Below are positions 39,016 to 54,398 of a DNA stretch of 64,000 nucleotides, one piece after another. How positions within the stretch are numbered: position 1 is the first letter of the stretch; each line of letters begins with the position of its first letter. Where the stretch lies: contig MCFH01000047.1 of the NCBI GenBank assembly GCA_002104945.1, forward strand, positions 384,338-448,337, given 5' to 3'. The translations under genes were made by a program, and so were the position numbers. The notes under the pieces are model-generated. The model saw only the letters and a program-made list of their open reading frames with translations. It was not told where the DNA came from and searched no databases. The DNA comes from Piromyces finnis finn (taxonomy: Eukaryota > Fungi > Neocallimastigomycota).

Positions 39016-42000
39016 TGTTACTATTACTATTATTATTGTTATCGAAATTCAAATAACCATAATCATCACTTAGAACATATTTGCCATTTTCATTAATAGA
39101 ATATTTTTTTATGCTATACAATAAGGTTTTATAATCAATTTCATTTTCTTTATTTCTACTATAAATAGTTATTCTACTATATATTCCATTTTTATTTTTA
39201 TTATAAGGTATCAACGATATAGAGTTCTTTGATTTCTTTCCTTTTGTATATATTTTATTACTTCTACATTCAAATTCATTTTTTGTATTGTTTATTTCGA
39301 ATTTAACATTATATTCTGATGGTATTAAGTTGATTTCAATAAATTTTTTATTTTCGTTTTTATTTGATATATATTTCATATTCATATTCATATTATTATT
39401 TACTTTTTTTACAGTTAATAAATATTTCTTTTCATTTTGTTTTATTAATTCTTTATTTACAGACTCATTACTATAGCTATTTACATCGTTTTTAATAATA
39501 TCATATGTACTATTATTGCTTTCATTATCATTATTTTTATTAATTTCATCATTATCATTATTTGATTTATTAATAGATAATGCTGAACTTTGATTTATAT
39601 TATTGCAATTAAGTGAACTTTCTTTAGTATTGTCATTATTGTGATCAATGAACATGAAATCAGTATTCTTCCAAAAAATATCATAATGCCTTTGATTATT
39701 TATATTATCATATAAATTATTTAAAAAATTTTCGTATAACCCATTAGGCTTTGGTTTTTTATTTTTTTTTTCAATAATATTATCTTTTTTTTTTTTAATT
39801 CTTATATTATATAATATTTCATTTTTTTTCGTTTTACTAATAATATTATAATTTTCTAATCTACTTAATAAGGAATAAAGTTCTTTTGAATATTTATTTA
39901 CATTTTTATCTTCTACAATTTTTGATAGTTTATTTTTTTCATCATTTAAAATAGAATTATCGTTATTTTTTTTCTTTTTCTTTTTTATTTTTTCTCCATT
40001 TATTTGATTATTAGCCTTTAATTCATGCTTTGTAATTTTCTTCCTTCTACAACTAAATAAAGTACTTGATTTTCTTTCTTTTTTTGAAATAAATTTGTTG
40101 AATCCTTCTAATATATTATTTTCATCTTTTATTTCATTATTATTATTATTACTGCTGTTGTTAATATTATTACTATTTTTTTTCTCATTTGAATTCCATG
40201 CACTTCCTCTATATATACTACCTCTTCTTTTATCATTTTCATTATTAATTTTATTGATTTCATTACATAATTTATTAGTATCGAGCATAAATTGAAGCTC
40301 AGAATCTTTATTATAATTAATATTACTATCGTTTGATGAATTTAATTTATCTTTGTAAACAACCGAAACATTAGTTGGAACAATCTCGTCTTTATTTTTG
40401 TCTTCATTTGAACTTTTATTATTAACTAATTTATTATCAATACTAGTTATATTTGTATATGTATTATTATTACTAGTTTCATTATTATTTTTAATAACAT
40501 TACTATTATTAGCTGTGATTTTTTTATCGTTAGTTTTCTCAATGTTTTTTTTAGCATTTCCATTCTTAGATTTTCCTTCTTTTAGTTTCTTGTTTTTACT
40601 TTCTTTCTCAAAATTATTATAATCAATAATTCTCTTCTGAGTAATAATATCAACAAAGGTTGGTGTTATAAAGCTTTTAAATTGTTTTTTCAAAATGGTT
40701 TTGATTTTTTGAATCGATACTATTATTGGTAAATTGTCATTTTTCATTACAGATGTATTAGGAACAGGTAAAATATAACATTTTTCATCGCCTTTCTCAT
40801 TATCAAGGAAAGAACAATTAGAATTTAAATCATATAAAAATTCATCACTTTCCTCACTTTCACTTTCATCATCTGAATCTATTGTTGATTCTTTGTTTCT
40901 TGATTTATGTTTTTTACGTTTTACTTTTACAAAATCATCAATATTATTTTTATTGGCTATAGAATTAGGAAATTGGGAAATCTTTCCTTTTCTTTTATTT
41001 TTATTCTTTTTTTTATCATTCATTTTTTTAAAAGATTTCTTAGTTTTGTTTTCTAGTTTCGTTGCATTTTTGAGGTGCTTTTTTGTAAATTGGGTTTTGT
41101 TTGAAATATTAATAACACTATCTACTTTGGTATTTTGGTTACGTAAAACCTTTTTTAGAAGGTTATTTTCTGCTTCTGAGTATTCCTCTTTTTCATCTAA
41201 TTTTTTATATAAAAATATATTAGAATATATAAAAATGTAAAAAAGAAATATTATTACTACTTACCATTTGAATCATTACTTATTATATCTTCTATATTTT
41301 TATTTTCTAAATTTTCGTACTCATTGTTTTCAACATGATCAATTTCTTCTTTATTTTTATTATCATTAGTATCATCATCTTTTTTTTCATCATTATTCAT
41401 TAATAAATTGTTAGTATTTTTCTCATTTGATTCAACACTATTTTTCGAATTATTACCATTATCTTCTAATAAATCCTTACTGTTAGATAAACTTTCGTTA
41501 TCATTATCAATATTACCAAATACTTCTTCAATAAAGTTTTGATTACTTTCTTCTAGATCATCATCTGTTTTAATATTATCATTACTTTCCTTTTTTTTAG
41601 TATTATTTTTCCTTTTCTTTAAATCTTCTTCCTGAATAAATTTTAAATCTGTATTCATTCCTTTTCTGTATCCATTGAAGGCAGAACTTTTTGAAAAAAA
41701 ATCACTTATATTATATAACATTTTCTTTTTTCGAATAATTTTATTATAATCTTTATCGATTAAATATTCATCACTTTTATTTATTGTCATTAAATTATCA
41801 TGCATTTTATTTTTAAGCCTTTTTCTTAGAGCATCAATGTCATCTCTTATATATTAGAATAATGGAATAATATATTTAGATAAATATATACTTAAATAAT
41901 TTTTTCATCATCAATTATATAGGCATTACATTTTTTCAATTATCCACCACTTCAATTTGTCATCAAAGTCAATAGGAATTTCAATTTGATCATCAATAGG

Positions 42001-45000
42001 ATTTAGAGTTAAAAGATATTTCATAGGCTCAAGTTGGATATCTAAATATTTAATTTAAAAAGTATTAATTTTTCATATTATTTTATATAATTTATTATTA
42101 TTTATATTTACAATGCTCTAGTTTTATAATAGATAGCTTATGGCTATATCCAATAACTATATCTCCTCTTTGATTTAAAAATTCAACAGTATCAATTGGA
42201 ACATTTAAATATATTTCTCTATTTTATTTTAAATATATAGAAAGTATTAATAATTATAATTATAATTCATAATATTTCATGTTAAGTACCTTAGTAGATT
42301 ATTACAGTAGTCCCAAATCTTTAAACAACCTTCATTATCAACTGTTGCAAAAATACCCAATATTTCTAAACAAGAAATATCAGTTATACCTACCGAACTT
42401 GAGTCAGAACCAGTTTTATAACTTTTATCTATGTATTATACGAAATTTTTACATGATTAGAATTTTATAATAATAAATTAATTTAAAAAACATGATACAT
42501 GGTATATTTTTGTTTTTTTTACCAGACTCTTTATAAATAATAAGTTTTCCAGTTTCTGTTACAGCACCAATCATTTCTCCTGTTTCATACAAACAAATAT
42601 CAACAATAGGTGATGGTAAATCTGAATAGTTAATACAGGATAGTAATTCAATAGTGACACCATTACTCATTGAATCATTTAAATTATTTGCATATGCAAT
42701 TGTCCAAATTTTCAATTTAAAGTCTATATATATAGCATATAGATTAAATTAATAATATTTTATATTAATTAGAATATTAAAACAAAATTTACTTATATTA
42801 ATCTAACCATCTCCGATAGAATATAATTTATTGTGTGTAGTATTTAGTAATATTTTTGATATTTTTGCATTGTGTGCCTATAGATTGTGTATTATATATC
42901 TTATAAATATACATTAAATCTAATATAGAAATTGATTTTATAGCTACGTTACTTGAATAGTTTTGTCCAGATATCCATAGCAAGCTGGATCAAATACCAT
43001 AATTTGACCCGCATCAGAACATCCTAAAATGAAGTATGGTAATACTTCACTATTTTCACAAGATTTTGATGGATCATATAATATAATATCCATTATTGAT
43101 GTATCTATATTTTATTTTTGAATTATATTATAATTAATATTAATTTATTGATCCACATTCTTTTATTTTTTTTCCTATTCTATTCTATTAATTTTTATTA
43201 CATGAATTTCCCCATTCTTCAATCAGTCGACATGGATTTGTTATTGTTGATATAACAGCTATAGTGGCATTACAAAACAGAATATATAATCTATCTATAA
43301 TGAAAAAAATGTATTAATATATAAATATACTTAAATATGTATATATTTTAAATATATAATGTGCATACCATAATCTAAAGAATATGCAACTTTTTTAATA
43401 TTGACATCTTCTAATAATGGTAATGATATTATTATTGATTGACCAGAAACTGGTGAAATAAATCTACATGAATTATCTTCTGCTACACATAATAATCTTG
43501 CTGGTTTAAAATTAGATTCAATTCTTTCTAAATATGTAATTTTTGATCTTATATATAAATTATAATAAGTACTGACTAATCGAAATTAAATAATATCAAC
43601 TTAAAATTAAAAAAAAAAAAAAATGTAGTTTAATTATGAACCTAATTTTTAGAATGTCATCTTTATATTTATTATAAAGAATAATATCAATTGTTTTTTT
43701 TGTAGAAATATAAAATTGATTATTAGAAATTTTTTGGGCTGTATATATTGGATGTTGGACATTAAATCTAATAATTATAATACAAAATATTGTTAGTAAA
43801 TAATAATCGTAGGAATATTATTATATGTAATGGTGTATATTTAAGATAATTATTTTTTCATACTTATACTCTCCTGTCCAATTTTCCAAATTCCAAAAAT
43901 ATATTGATCCATCTAAGCTAGTTGATATTAATTCAATATTAAATGATTTTTTATTTTTATCTTGAAAATCAGAAAGAAGTATAAGTGAGGTTATGGAATT
44001 TTTATGCTTGTTAAATTGATACAGTAACTTTGTATCATTCCATATTTTAACTTTATAAAAATTTTTAATAATGTGTTAATATTTAATATTTTAATATATA
44101 TATATATATTAATATTAATTAAAAAGTAATAATAATAACTTGTTCCTTCTCTCCCACCGGTAATCAAATAATCTTTAGATTCACAATATGTTATTTCAGT
44201 AATTGACACAGGATGTATTTCATTATATGTTTTAATTCTTTCATTAGTATCATATGAATAAACCTTTATTAATTTAAATAGTATATTATTAATAATTAAT
44301 AAAAGTATTAATAATTTTTTAACTTTAAATCTCTTACATAAATTGATCTTTCATCTACTGCATATAAATGTCTTGTTTTATTTCTAAAATAAATACGAGA
44401 TATAAAATGATCACTTTGAAAGTCTTCAATTAATAATTTTGAAGGTTTTATAAAATTCTCCTCATTTCTATCTCTATATATAAAAACGAATATATGTGTA
44501 TAATTTTTGTTAGTATTGTAAATTGCAATAATTAATAATAATTTAATACAATAAACTTCAACCTGATATTATCAAAGTTTAATTTAAATCCCTTATAATT
44601 AATGTTATATGTAATAATTTAAATAGAATTATTATATATAAATATATATAATGTTAAATAGATTTATTATTTTAATTATACTTTTATAACTCCAAATCCT
44701 CCAATTATGATTTCATCTGATTTTGCAATATATTCTAAACTAATTTTTTTTTGTATATATTATTAGAAGTAGTATAGCAAGTGTAATATTTTAATTTTTA
44801 AATATATATACCTGATAATTGGCATTTTAAAGTCAACTATTCTTATTAATTCCATATGCATATTTAATACCTACAATTTATATAATTAATATAGCAGAAA
44901 TATAAAGTATAATAATATAAAATAGTATTACCAATAATTTCATATTATCGGTAGATGCTATTATAATTCTTTGTTTTTCAATCCATATTAATTCTTTAAT

Positions 45001-45513
45001 TCTCATATAATTTTTATTAACATCTCTTTTAATTTTTTTATATAAATTTGATCCTTTCCATATATTAATAAATTGAGGATCTATTGATATAAATGAATTT
45101 ACTCCGTTGTAGATAGGTGTATATAAAACTTTTGAAATTGGTAGGGAATGGCTATAATTAAATAAGGATTGACATTGATGTTGAATTGTAAATGGAATTT
45201 TTGGAGAAGCTTGATATATAGAAGTTGGTGGAACACAATAGTTTTTTCTTATAAAATCAAACCATTCATCCATATCTGATTTTTCTAAAAAATTTATTCT
45301 GTTTTTAAGATGATCATCTATTGTTTCATCAAGTGATATTAATTTATACAAAAGTATTTTACTTAAGACATGCCATGGCTTTATTATATAATTTTGTATA
45401 TTTGAATTTTTTATTTTTTCTTCTTCTTCCGGTTCCTCCAGTGCTTTTAAATAACCTTTGTTAACATGAATACTGTCATTTAAATCAAAAATAGATACTC
45501 GTATGTTATCCAT
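37536..45513 (-). CDS. WDR97/WDR87-like WD40 protein with large low-complexity region and helical C-terminus
   Basis: WD exons (ITEITYCESKDYLITGGREG, YFILGCSDAGQIMVFD, IWTIAY, DTVEFLNQRGDIVIG), then long Asn/Lys-rich exons (41257-41805, 38333-41023) and helical exons ending at 37536. The family assignment is less secure than the WD40 call. Confidence 0.62.
38850..39040 (-). repeat. Coding (AAT)n/(AATAGT)n microsatellite encoding a poly-Asn/Asn-Ser tract
   Basis: Long in-frame N/NS run within the 896-aa ORF. Confidence 0.9.
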
Positions 45514-46585
45514 GTTGAATAACTTGTTGATATATATTTTAAATATTATGTATTAAATTGATGTTTTTTCTTTTTCTTTTCTTTTATTTTAATTTATCTT
45601 TAAATAATATTATAAATTTATTTAAGTTTTTATGTGTAAGTATATATTATTAAATGACGAAAATAGAAAAATATTTTCGATATATAAACTCTAATGAAAT
45701 TTAAGTTATAAAAAATAGATTGGTTAATAAATAAAAATAATTTCTAAAATCACCATTATTATATTTTTTCCTTTTTTTTAAAATCTAGTTAATCATTATT
45801 ATTGTAACTATTATTGATTTAAAACTTATAAATCTATGACTACTATAAAATACTATATATTTATTGAGTTAAAAACAAAGTACAAGTAAAAGTCAATTTT
45901 TTTTATAATAATATAAAATTTTAGTTTCAATATTAAAAGTTTTTTTGTATCCATTTTTTTTCATTTATCTTTTATAATAAAATTTATTAATTAAAATAAA
46001 ATGAATTGATTTAGATTAAATATTAAGGTTAATTATCAATAGATCATGACTTTTTTTTATCTATATTATTTATATATTAATAAAAAATAATATTTTCTTT
46101 TTATTTAATAAGCAAATATCTCTTTTATAATAAGTCATTTAAAAATATAATAATTGAAATTGTACAGAAAAAATATATATCTTTCTTTTTTTTTTTTTTT
46201 TTTATTTTTTATTTCTTTTTTGTGTTTTAAATAATTGTTGAATTAATTTTTATTTTAATATAATTTTAATTATATATAATCAAGTGTATTGCTTATATAT
46301 GGAAAATTTCTAGATAATTAATATATTAATTAAATTTCTATATAAATAAATTTAAAATTTATTAAGTTTGAAAAAATAATTCATTTTTATTAATTATTTT
46401 TATAGAAGAAACTTTAATTATATTTTAATAAAGAAAATTTCTTGAAAAAAATAATTTTTTTTTTGAAAAATAATACTTAATGCAATCAATAAGAAATTTA
46501 AAAAAGTGCAATTCAAGTATATTAAATTAGAAAATAAACGTTAATATTAAATAATAATTCATGATAAATAATTAAATGAGTCTCA

Positions 46586-48911
46586 ATGTCATCAGATATT
46601 CATATAGAAAAAGATAATGAAGATACTAATAAAAAAGTAAATTTATATTCTTCAAATTTCAGTGGGTCTCAACTTGAATATGGTATACAAGATGGATTTT
46701 CTACACCTCCTCCAAAATCTAGAAAAGAGGATAACAAATTAAAAATAGAACCAAAAACACCAAAAAAGAAATCTGGAAAGTTTTTCTTCCCTTCAATTAT
46801 AGAAAAGAAAAAAAGTGATCTTTTTGGAATTTACAATAATAATATTGATGATAGTTCATTTCCTTCTTCTCCAACTTTTAATATCCAAAGTGTAAGACTT
46901 AGGAAAAAAGGTACTCATATATAATATATAAAATTATTATAAAAATATATTTTATTATGATTAATTAAATATATAATTCTCTATTCTATAAAAGATAAAA
47001 AAACAAACAGTATAACTTCATATTTTAATTCAACAAAATCTAGTTTCAACTCAAATTCAAAATCAAAATCTAATTTTGACAATAAATTTACTAATTCAAA
47101 ATTAAAAGTAAATTTAAAACAAAAGAGTTCTCAGGATCAAATAAACAAAAACATTAAACCTCCATTATTAGTTAAACCAAATTTATCAGCATTTAATAAA
47201 GCTTTAAAACAAACAAAATTAACATTTAGTACTAAACAAGGAAGAGAAAAAAGTAATGATAATTCTGTTAATAAAATTGAAGAAAATATTGAAGATGATT
47301 TTAGTGATTCAGGTACTTCTAATAGTTTCGATTCATTCTCGAATTCAATAGATGATAGTTCATTTTTATTCTTTAATAATACAGATCATAATGTAAAAAA
47401 CAATAATAGTCAAAATGATATATTTAATAATTTTCATTCAGAATTGGAAAGTTTTGAGGGAAATACATATTCAAAATCTAATAATGAAGATAATGAATTT
47501 ACAATAAAAAATAATAGTCAAGGAAAAAATCTAATGAAAAAGTTCACTGAAGATAAAGAAAAAAAATTGTTAGATAAAAGGGATATCTTTGATATATTTA
47601 ATGATAATAGCAATAGTAATTTGGAATTTAGTGATAATTTATCAGATAAATATAAAAATTATGAAGAGTCTCTTAGTCCAAAATTTAATCTTAATATATT
47701 TAATAATAAAAAAATTGTTGAAAATGATGATAGGTCATTTTATGAGGTTTCAGCAAGAAATATTTTTGAAGCAGAACTTTTATTAGAAGGAGAAAGTATT
47801 AAAGAGAGTTTGCAATTTGATGATAATTTTTATAATTTTTCATTGAATAAAAAAATGTCGAAATACACTAAGCAAAACATTAATTCATTTATAGATGATG
47901 ATAATAATTTGTATAAATATTCAAAAATTAACAATAATATTAGCAATACAAAAAATAATTCAGTCAAAAAAGAAAAAAGAAAAATCACCCTACCGAATGA
48001 TATCTGGAAAAATATAATTAATTATTTAAATTTTAAAGAAATACTATCAATGTCATGCACATCAAAGCAAATGAATAAGATTATACGTGAATTATATATA
48101 TGGAAGAAAATCGATATATATTCTATTTTTAAGAATAACAATATAAAAAATAAAAATAAATTTTTAGAAGAATTACTGAAATCAGTATATACATCAAAAA
48201 TTGAAATATTAATATTTAACATTGATAAAGATATTCCTACACCAAATATGATTTCATTAATTATTCAAAATTGTAAAAATTTAAAATCATTAATATTATC
48301 AGATACAAGTATTTCATTAAAACATTTCGAAAATAAATTCGAAAAAGGAGAAAGGTATTTTATTTTTTTATTTTTTTTTTTTTATTATGTTATATTAGCA
48401 ATTAATAATAAGATAATCACAATAAAATTATTTAGTATATTTATATTAAATATTTATTTAAATATATAATAAATATATAATTAGGTTAAAATCATTGAAA
48501 TATTTAAACATTAATAATTGTTATAATATAAATTATTCAACGTTAAAACATTTAGTAAATGGATGCCCTAATTTACTGAAACTTGAATGCTGCAATTTAA
48601 ATTTAAAACCAGGCGAATTTGGTGTTATACAAGAATTACAACACTTGCAGTATCTAAACATATCAGGAAATAAATATTTATGTAATTTAGATATCAAAGC
48701 GATATATAACAAGGAAAATAATATCAAATATTTAGATATTTCAAATTGCAATAGTTTAACTGATAGAGCTATATCCTTTATACTAAAAAATGCACAAAAT
48801 TTAGAAACCATAAAAATTTATGGATCAAACATGCGAATAACTCAAAATAGCTTTTATTTATTAACAAAATTAAAGATACGGAACGTTGAATATCAAAAAA
48901 GAAACAAATAA
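46586..48911 (+). CDS. F-box/leucine-rich-repeat protein with long N-terminal disordered region
   Basis: F-box LPNDIWKNIINYLNFKEILSMSCTSKQMNKII. Cys-containing LRRs LKYLNINNCYNI, LQYLNISGN and IKYLDISNCNSLTD. Three exons. Confidence 0.88.
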
Positions 48912-49554
48912 TAATATCAATATTTAGTATTTAAAATAATTTTTAAATTTTACTATCGTTTTTCAAAAAAAAATTTTTTTACTATATGTATATATAATTG
49001 TAATAATGTAATTATATGTTTATTATCTCAAATTTAAATTAATGTAAATAGTTATATTTTTGTAGTATAATTTATAAAAATATTTTAGCCAATCAAATTA
49101 ATTTAAAAATAAATCAATAAAAATATTGAATCCTCATTTTTTAAAAATTATATATAAACAGTTAAAATTATAATTATTTTAATCTTTGTACCTGACGTCC
49201 TGTCTATATCCCCGAGTCAATGTTGCTGAGAACTTTATTTTTCTAAAAGTTTTCGGTGCCAAGGTGGGACAAGAACAAAAATCGTGCGGTAGAGAAATTT
49301 AATCTGATTTAGTTTTTTCAATAAATTAAATTATATAACAGATTTCTCACATTATATGAAGCACCCATTTTTTATAAAATATTAATTTGAAAATTAAAAA
49401 TGTAATTTTAAGGATTTATTTTAAAATTAATATGAGAGTTTTATTTTTTAAAAATGTATTAATATTTTTAATTTTATTAATATTTGTTTAAATTATAAAT
49501 TTTAAATATAATCTTATTATTTTAAAAAAAAATACAATTTATATCTATTTATAT

Positions 49555-52500
49555 CTATTTTTTTTTTGGTGGTATAACTTCATCAATATATTGACTAAAT
49601 GCAATTTCAACTTTTTCCTTTTTTGAAATTGTCATTGTACTTGTTATATTTTGTTCTTGTTGCTCTTTAAAATCAATAGATGGTCTAATTATTGCTGATG
49701 CAAATGTTTTAACTTTTAAATATTTTAATTATTAAATAATAATATTTAAATTTTATAAAATATATTTGATTTAAAAGTTTTAAAAGTTAATATATATATA
49801 TATAGCTTGAAAAATAATAACAAAAAAATAGCATTGAGGGTTTTATTACCTAGTTCACTTTTTGAGATTAATTCATATGAAATAGTATCTCCTATGTAAC
49901 ATATTATGTAATTTAATGTATTTGCATGACATGAAGGCAATGCAGAATATAACTATATATATACAAATAAGGAAATAAAATTATAATGATGATATATATA
50001 ACAATAATTAAAGATATTAAGTGAATAAAATAGTTATTATATATAATATATTTATATTAATATTATGATTCATACTGTTTGGAATTTGGATCCGTATTTT
50101 TTAAAAATTTCATAGGGAACTACTGCATTTGGAAATTCATATAAGAATTTCATTAAAATTTCAGCCATAGAATTTATAGAAGGTAGTTTTCCTTGTCTTT
50201 TAACTATTTCAGCTATTTTTTGTTTTACAGCTTTCAATGAATAATTTTTATATATGATTTCGTTGAGGTTAGTTTTTGACTCAGAAGATTGATAATCATA
50301 AAGACTTAATTTTTCCATTTTTGATATACTACTAATAGCTGAATCCATTGAATCCATTGATGTTAAATTATCTAATGAATTTAAATATGAATCTGATAAA
50401 CTTGATCTTCCAAAAAGTAATAAGTTATTATCAATATCAATATTGTTATTCAAACAATATTTTATATACTTTTTTATTATTATATTTCCATTATTGAATA
50501 CATATTTCTTTTATGAATAGATAAATATATATATATATATATTTAATATAATAAATTATTTAATTATTATTTAAATCATTATTACATTTATTTGCAATTA
50601 TATATATATATATTTTTTTTTTATATATTACCTCATCTCTACCATATTTTATCAAGAAATCAATAACCACATATAAATTCTTAGGAATACATGAGATTTC
50701 TTCATTTTCTAACAATTCTTTTGTTTTCTCTGATAATTCCTTTTTATTACTTAATTCTAGTATTGAATCCCATGGATAATAAGATAAAGGACGATTTATT
50801 TGGCATAAAGTTTCAATAGGAATACCAAACAAACTTGGAACAATTTCACTTTTCACATTTATAAATATATCATTGCCATTTTTAACTTTTAATATGATTA
50901 TTTCGTCAATTTTTTTTATTGATATTCCGGTTGTTACAGTTAAAGTAATATTAATTGTTTGAGATTCACCTTTTAATAATGTATTTTATTTTAATATTAA
51001 TATTTATAAATTTTAATGTACACATATATATATAAACTATAAAATAATGGAATTTTTATATTATACCCGGATATATAGTATTTGATGATGGTTTTACTGA
51101 TATCCATGGAAACGATAGCGATGTTTTATTATCATCTAATGATGTTACTAATTCATATGAGGATAATACTTTTCCTTCATTTTTGATTATTAATGTTTTT
51201 GTAGTTGAAATATTATTTGTTATAGTTCCAAAATCAACCAAAATCGATGATACTTTAATTACAGGAATACTGTCATTTTCATGATGATCAAGTTGTTTTA
51301 TTAATTGAGAATATATCTCTGAGTATTTTTCAGTATTAATTTTTCTTACCTATTTATTTATAATTAATATATAAAGTATTAGAAACATATATATTATTAT
51401 ATATGTTACAATTTTAATAACAGTAATGTTGTTAAAAAAAAAATTAATTTTTTTATAAAAATAATATATACCCAAATTTCAAATTCAGAAATAATTGGTT
51501 TATGATCACTAATTGTTAATTCTCCATAAGAATTATAATTTTTGGGAATAATCCATTCATTATCCTCAATAGTAATTTTATTTGAAAATGATACTTCAGA
51601 TGGTTTTAACGCATTTGATGCTTTATACCATTGTACTCTATCACAGAAAGCTGGTGCTCTCTTCTTTTCACTTTTTATAACAATAATTTTAGCAAAGTTA
51701 AAAGCCAAAATTTATATATAATAAATCAATTTACCTTGTATCGAATGTATTTGTTCCTATATCATATTTATATGTTGGTTTAAAAGTGATTTTACTTTCA
51801 TAAAAATCAGTAAATACTACCTGCTTAGCTTTTTCAATTAAAAGCTTAATAATAAAAAGTTAATTGAAAATTTTTTCATTAATTTTAATATTTAAGTATT
51901 TTAAATATAATATATATATTTTATTAATTATATTAAAAATATACCTGATCAAATTCTAATAAATCCTCGATTTTCCCCTGATTAATATACTCTTTTATGA
52001 CATCGCTATTATTATTAAGTCTATAATTCAAATCACCAAACCAAAATAATATACTAATTATTGCATAATAGATAATAACAATAATATTAAGAATCGTATT
52101 AGAAAGTTCGTCACAATAAAGTATTATATTATATTAGTAATTTAAATAAAAAAATAACTTACTCATTATCATATATTGAAAAATTAATTTTCATGTTTCC
52201 CTTTTCTTTAAGATTTTCTTGACATATATTATTTAACCATTTATTACTTGTAATATTAAATCTTAGCATATTTTCAGTATAGAATTGCTCTTTATTAAAT
52301 CCAGTTCCATTATAGAATCCATTAATATTATCTCTTGGAGGAATAAATGGAAATTGCAAATTTTTAGCAATATCTCTATAATCCTCATTTCTTCGTTGAA
52401 CTTGCATGGTATCTGCTGCTAAATGTGAATTTACAAAACAAACATAAGAATCATATATCATCATACGAATTCCTGATGCACCTTTATTTCCCATAATTCC

Positions 52501-53974
52501 CATTAAACCACATCCGATAAAGGATGTTGATACATTACTGATTACTTTTTTTAATTCTTTTCTTACGTATACAAAAACGCATATGCCCACCATTTGCTGA
52601 GATGCTATCTTCATAGATTAATTATAATTGAAATGTAATATATTAATTTAAAGATTATTAAGTATAATTTCCCCATATATTTATATTATAATAATTACTT
52701 TGACATATTTTTTATTAAGGCTATTTATTCCTTCCTCAATTTTTTCTGACCAGTGATTTTCTTTTTCATTATTTGATACTATATATGCTTCCTTTGATAA
52801 ATCCATTTCTTGAAGGCTTAAAAAATAAAATAAAATAAAATATATTTTAAATAAGATATTTTATTTTTTTTAGCATTATAAATTTCCTTAATATCTACCC
52901 TATAACATATATATCTGGAATTTTATGTTTATATGAATTTAACCATCCTTTCAAAGAACATTCTGGGTCTCTACCATTGACATTCCAAGTTCCAATAAAT
53001 ATACTATTCAAATATGTAGTTATATTAAACATTTCAAATTAAAATTATTTTTATTATTTATTATTTGAAAAAATATTAAAAAATATAGAAGTATCGAAAA
53101 CTACTTTATTTTTTTTAAATCGGTAAATTTCGGTTGTTCTATTGCAAGTTGTTTTGATATCCAACATTCTCTTGATAAACGATAATTTAAAGTTATTTCT
53201 GAAGATAAGGGGTGAATGAAAGGATTTTCATCTGTCGTTGTCATACTTGAAACTACAAATTGGTTTAATTGTTTAAATAATATAAATTATGAATATTTAA
53301 ATCTTTGTAAGTTATTTATATTATAAATATTTAAAGTAACGTATGTACACTTTTCTTCTAAATCAGTTTTATATGCTTTATAATTATTTAACCAGTTGAA
53401 TGAAAAATCTGGATAATATTCCTCATTTTCTTTTTTCACATATATGAAAATTAATATAATAAAATGAAAGAATATAAAATATAATAAAGTAAAAAATTAA
53501 TTCATTTTTTAAAATTAATAAAATGAAATTTGAAATTTACACTATTATATAATACATACAATACATATATAAATATGGTTATGAAAATGATACTATACTT
53601 TTTTCCTCAACAATTCTTTCTAGTTTATATTTAAATTCTTTATAATTTTGTTGTTTTGTTGGAACTGTTATTTTTAAATCTGTGTTTTGTGATTTTAGTA
53701 TCCATATTATATTATTTTCTGTAAATTTTTTTTCAATTGTAAATTTGAAATTTTCATCTATGGGTATTACATTATATATAGATATCCCGAAAAAATTCTT
53801 CTCTAATAAAAAGAGACAATATTCATGAGTGGTAATATTTGAAACAATTGTTACTAAAATACTTTGTCCATATGAAATGGCCGTCAAATAAGCTGATTCT
53901 AATTTTTCATTAAGTCGAAGAATTGACTGAAATTTCTTTATTGCTTCTTTCTCTTTTTCTTTTTTAGTTTCCAT
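49555..53974 (-). CDS. OCRL: OCRL/INPP5B-type inositol polyphosphate 5-phosphatase (PH-like, 5-phosphatase, ASH, RhoGAP-like)
   Basis: IFIGTWNVNG, GLQEMDLSKEAY, GLMGIMGNKGA, CFVNSHLAA, FWFGDLNYR, PAFCDRV and SDHKP. ASH module VDFGTITNN...IIKNEGKV. RhoGAP-like LFGIPIE, IPKNLYVVIDFL and FLYEFPNAVVPY. Confidence 0.92.
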
Positions 53975-54398
53975 TTTTATAGTTTTTAATTAGTTTATTA
54001 ATAGTATATTTTCATTATAATATTGACTTATTTTTCTTCTGAAGTGTTATATTGTTTTGAAGGAATATGAATAATAAAGGAAGGAGAAAAAGAGCATGTA
54101 AATTTTTAATTTGTAAATTGTATATTAAAAAGAGGCAAATACTTTTTGTTGGATTGAATTTATATAAAATTTTCTTTTTTTAAAATATTTAATATAGATA
54201 TATTAATTTTTTATTTTCCTAATTAAAAAGTTTCTAAAATACAATAATCTACATCAAATAATGGTAAATGTATACAATAAATAAATTAATTAATTTTTTT
54301 AAAATATATTTAATAAAATTACAATAATAAATTTCCTTTTATAGGTATAATTAATTTTTTTTATTTCGAAAAAAAGATTTTTAAATAGTAAAGGTAAA

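Noticed and set aside
38798-39073. Poly-Ile/Thr ORF resembling a membrane protein
   Set aside because: Antisense reading of the (AAT)n poly-Asn tract.
49254-49270. CGGTGCCAAGGTGGGAC as a tRNA fragment or retrotransposon primer-binding site
   Set aside because: It lacks the TGG start, does not fit T-stem/acceptor geometry, and has no gag-pol or LTR pair with TSD nearby.
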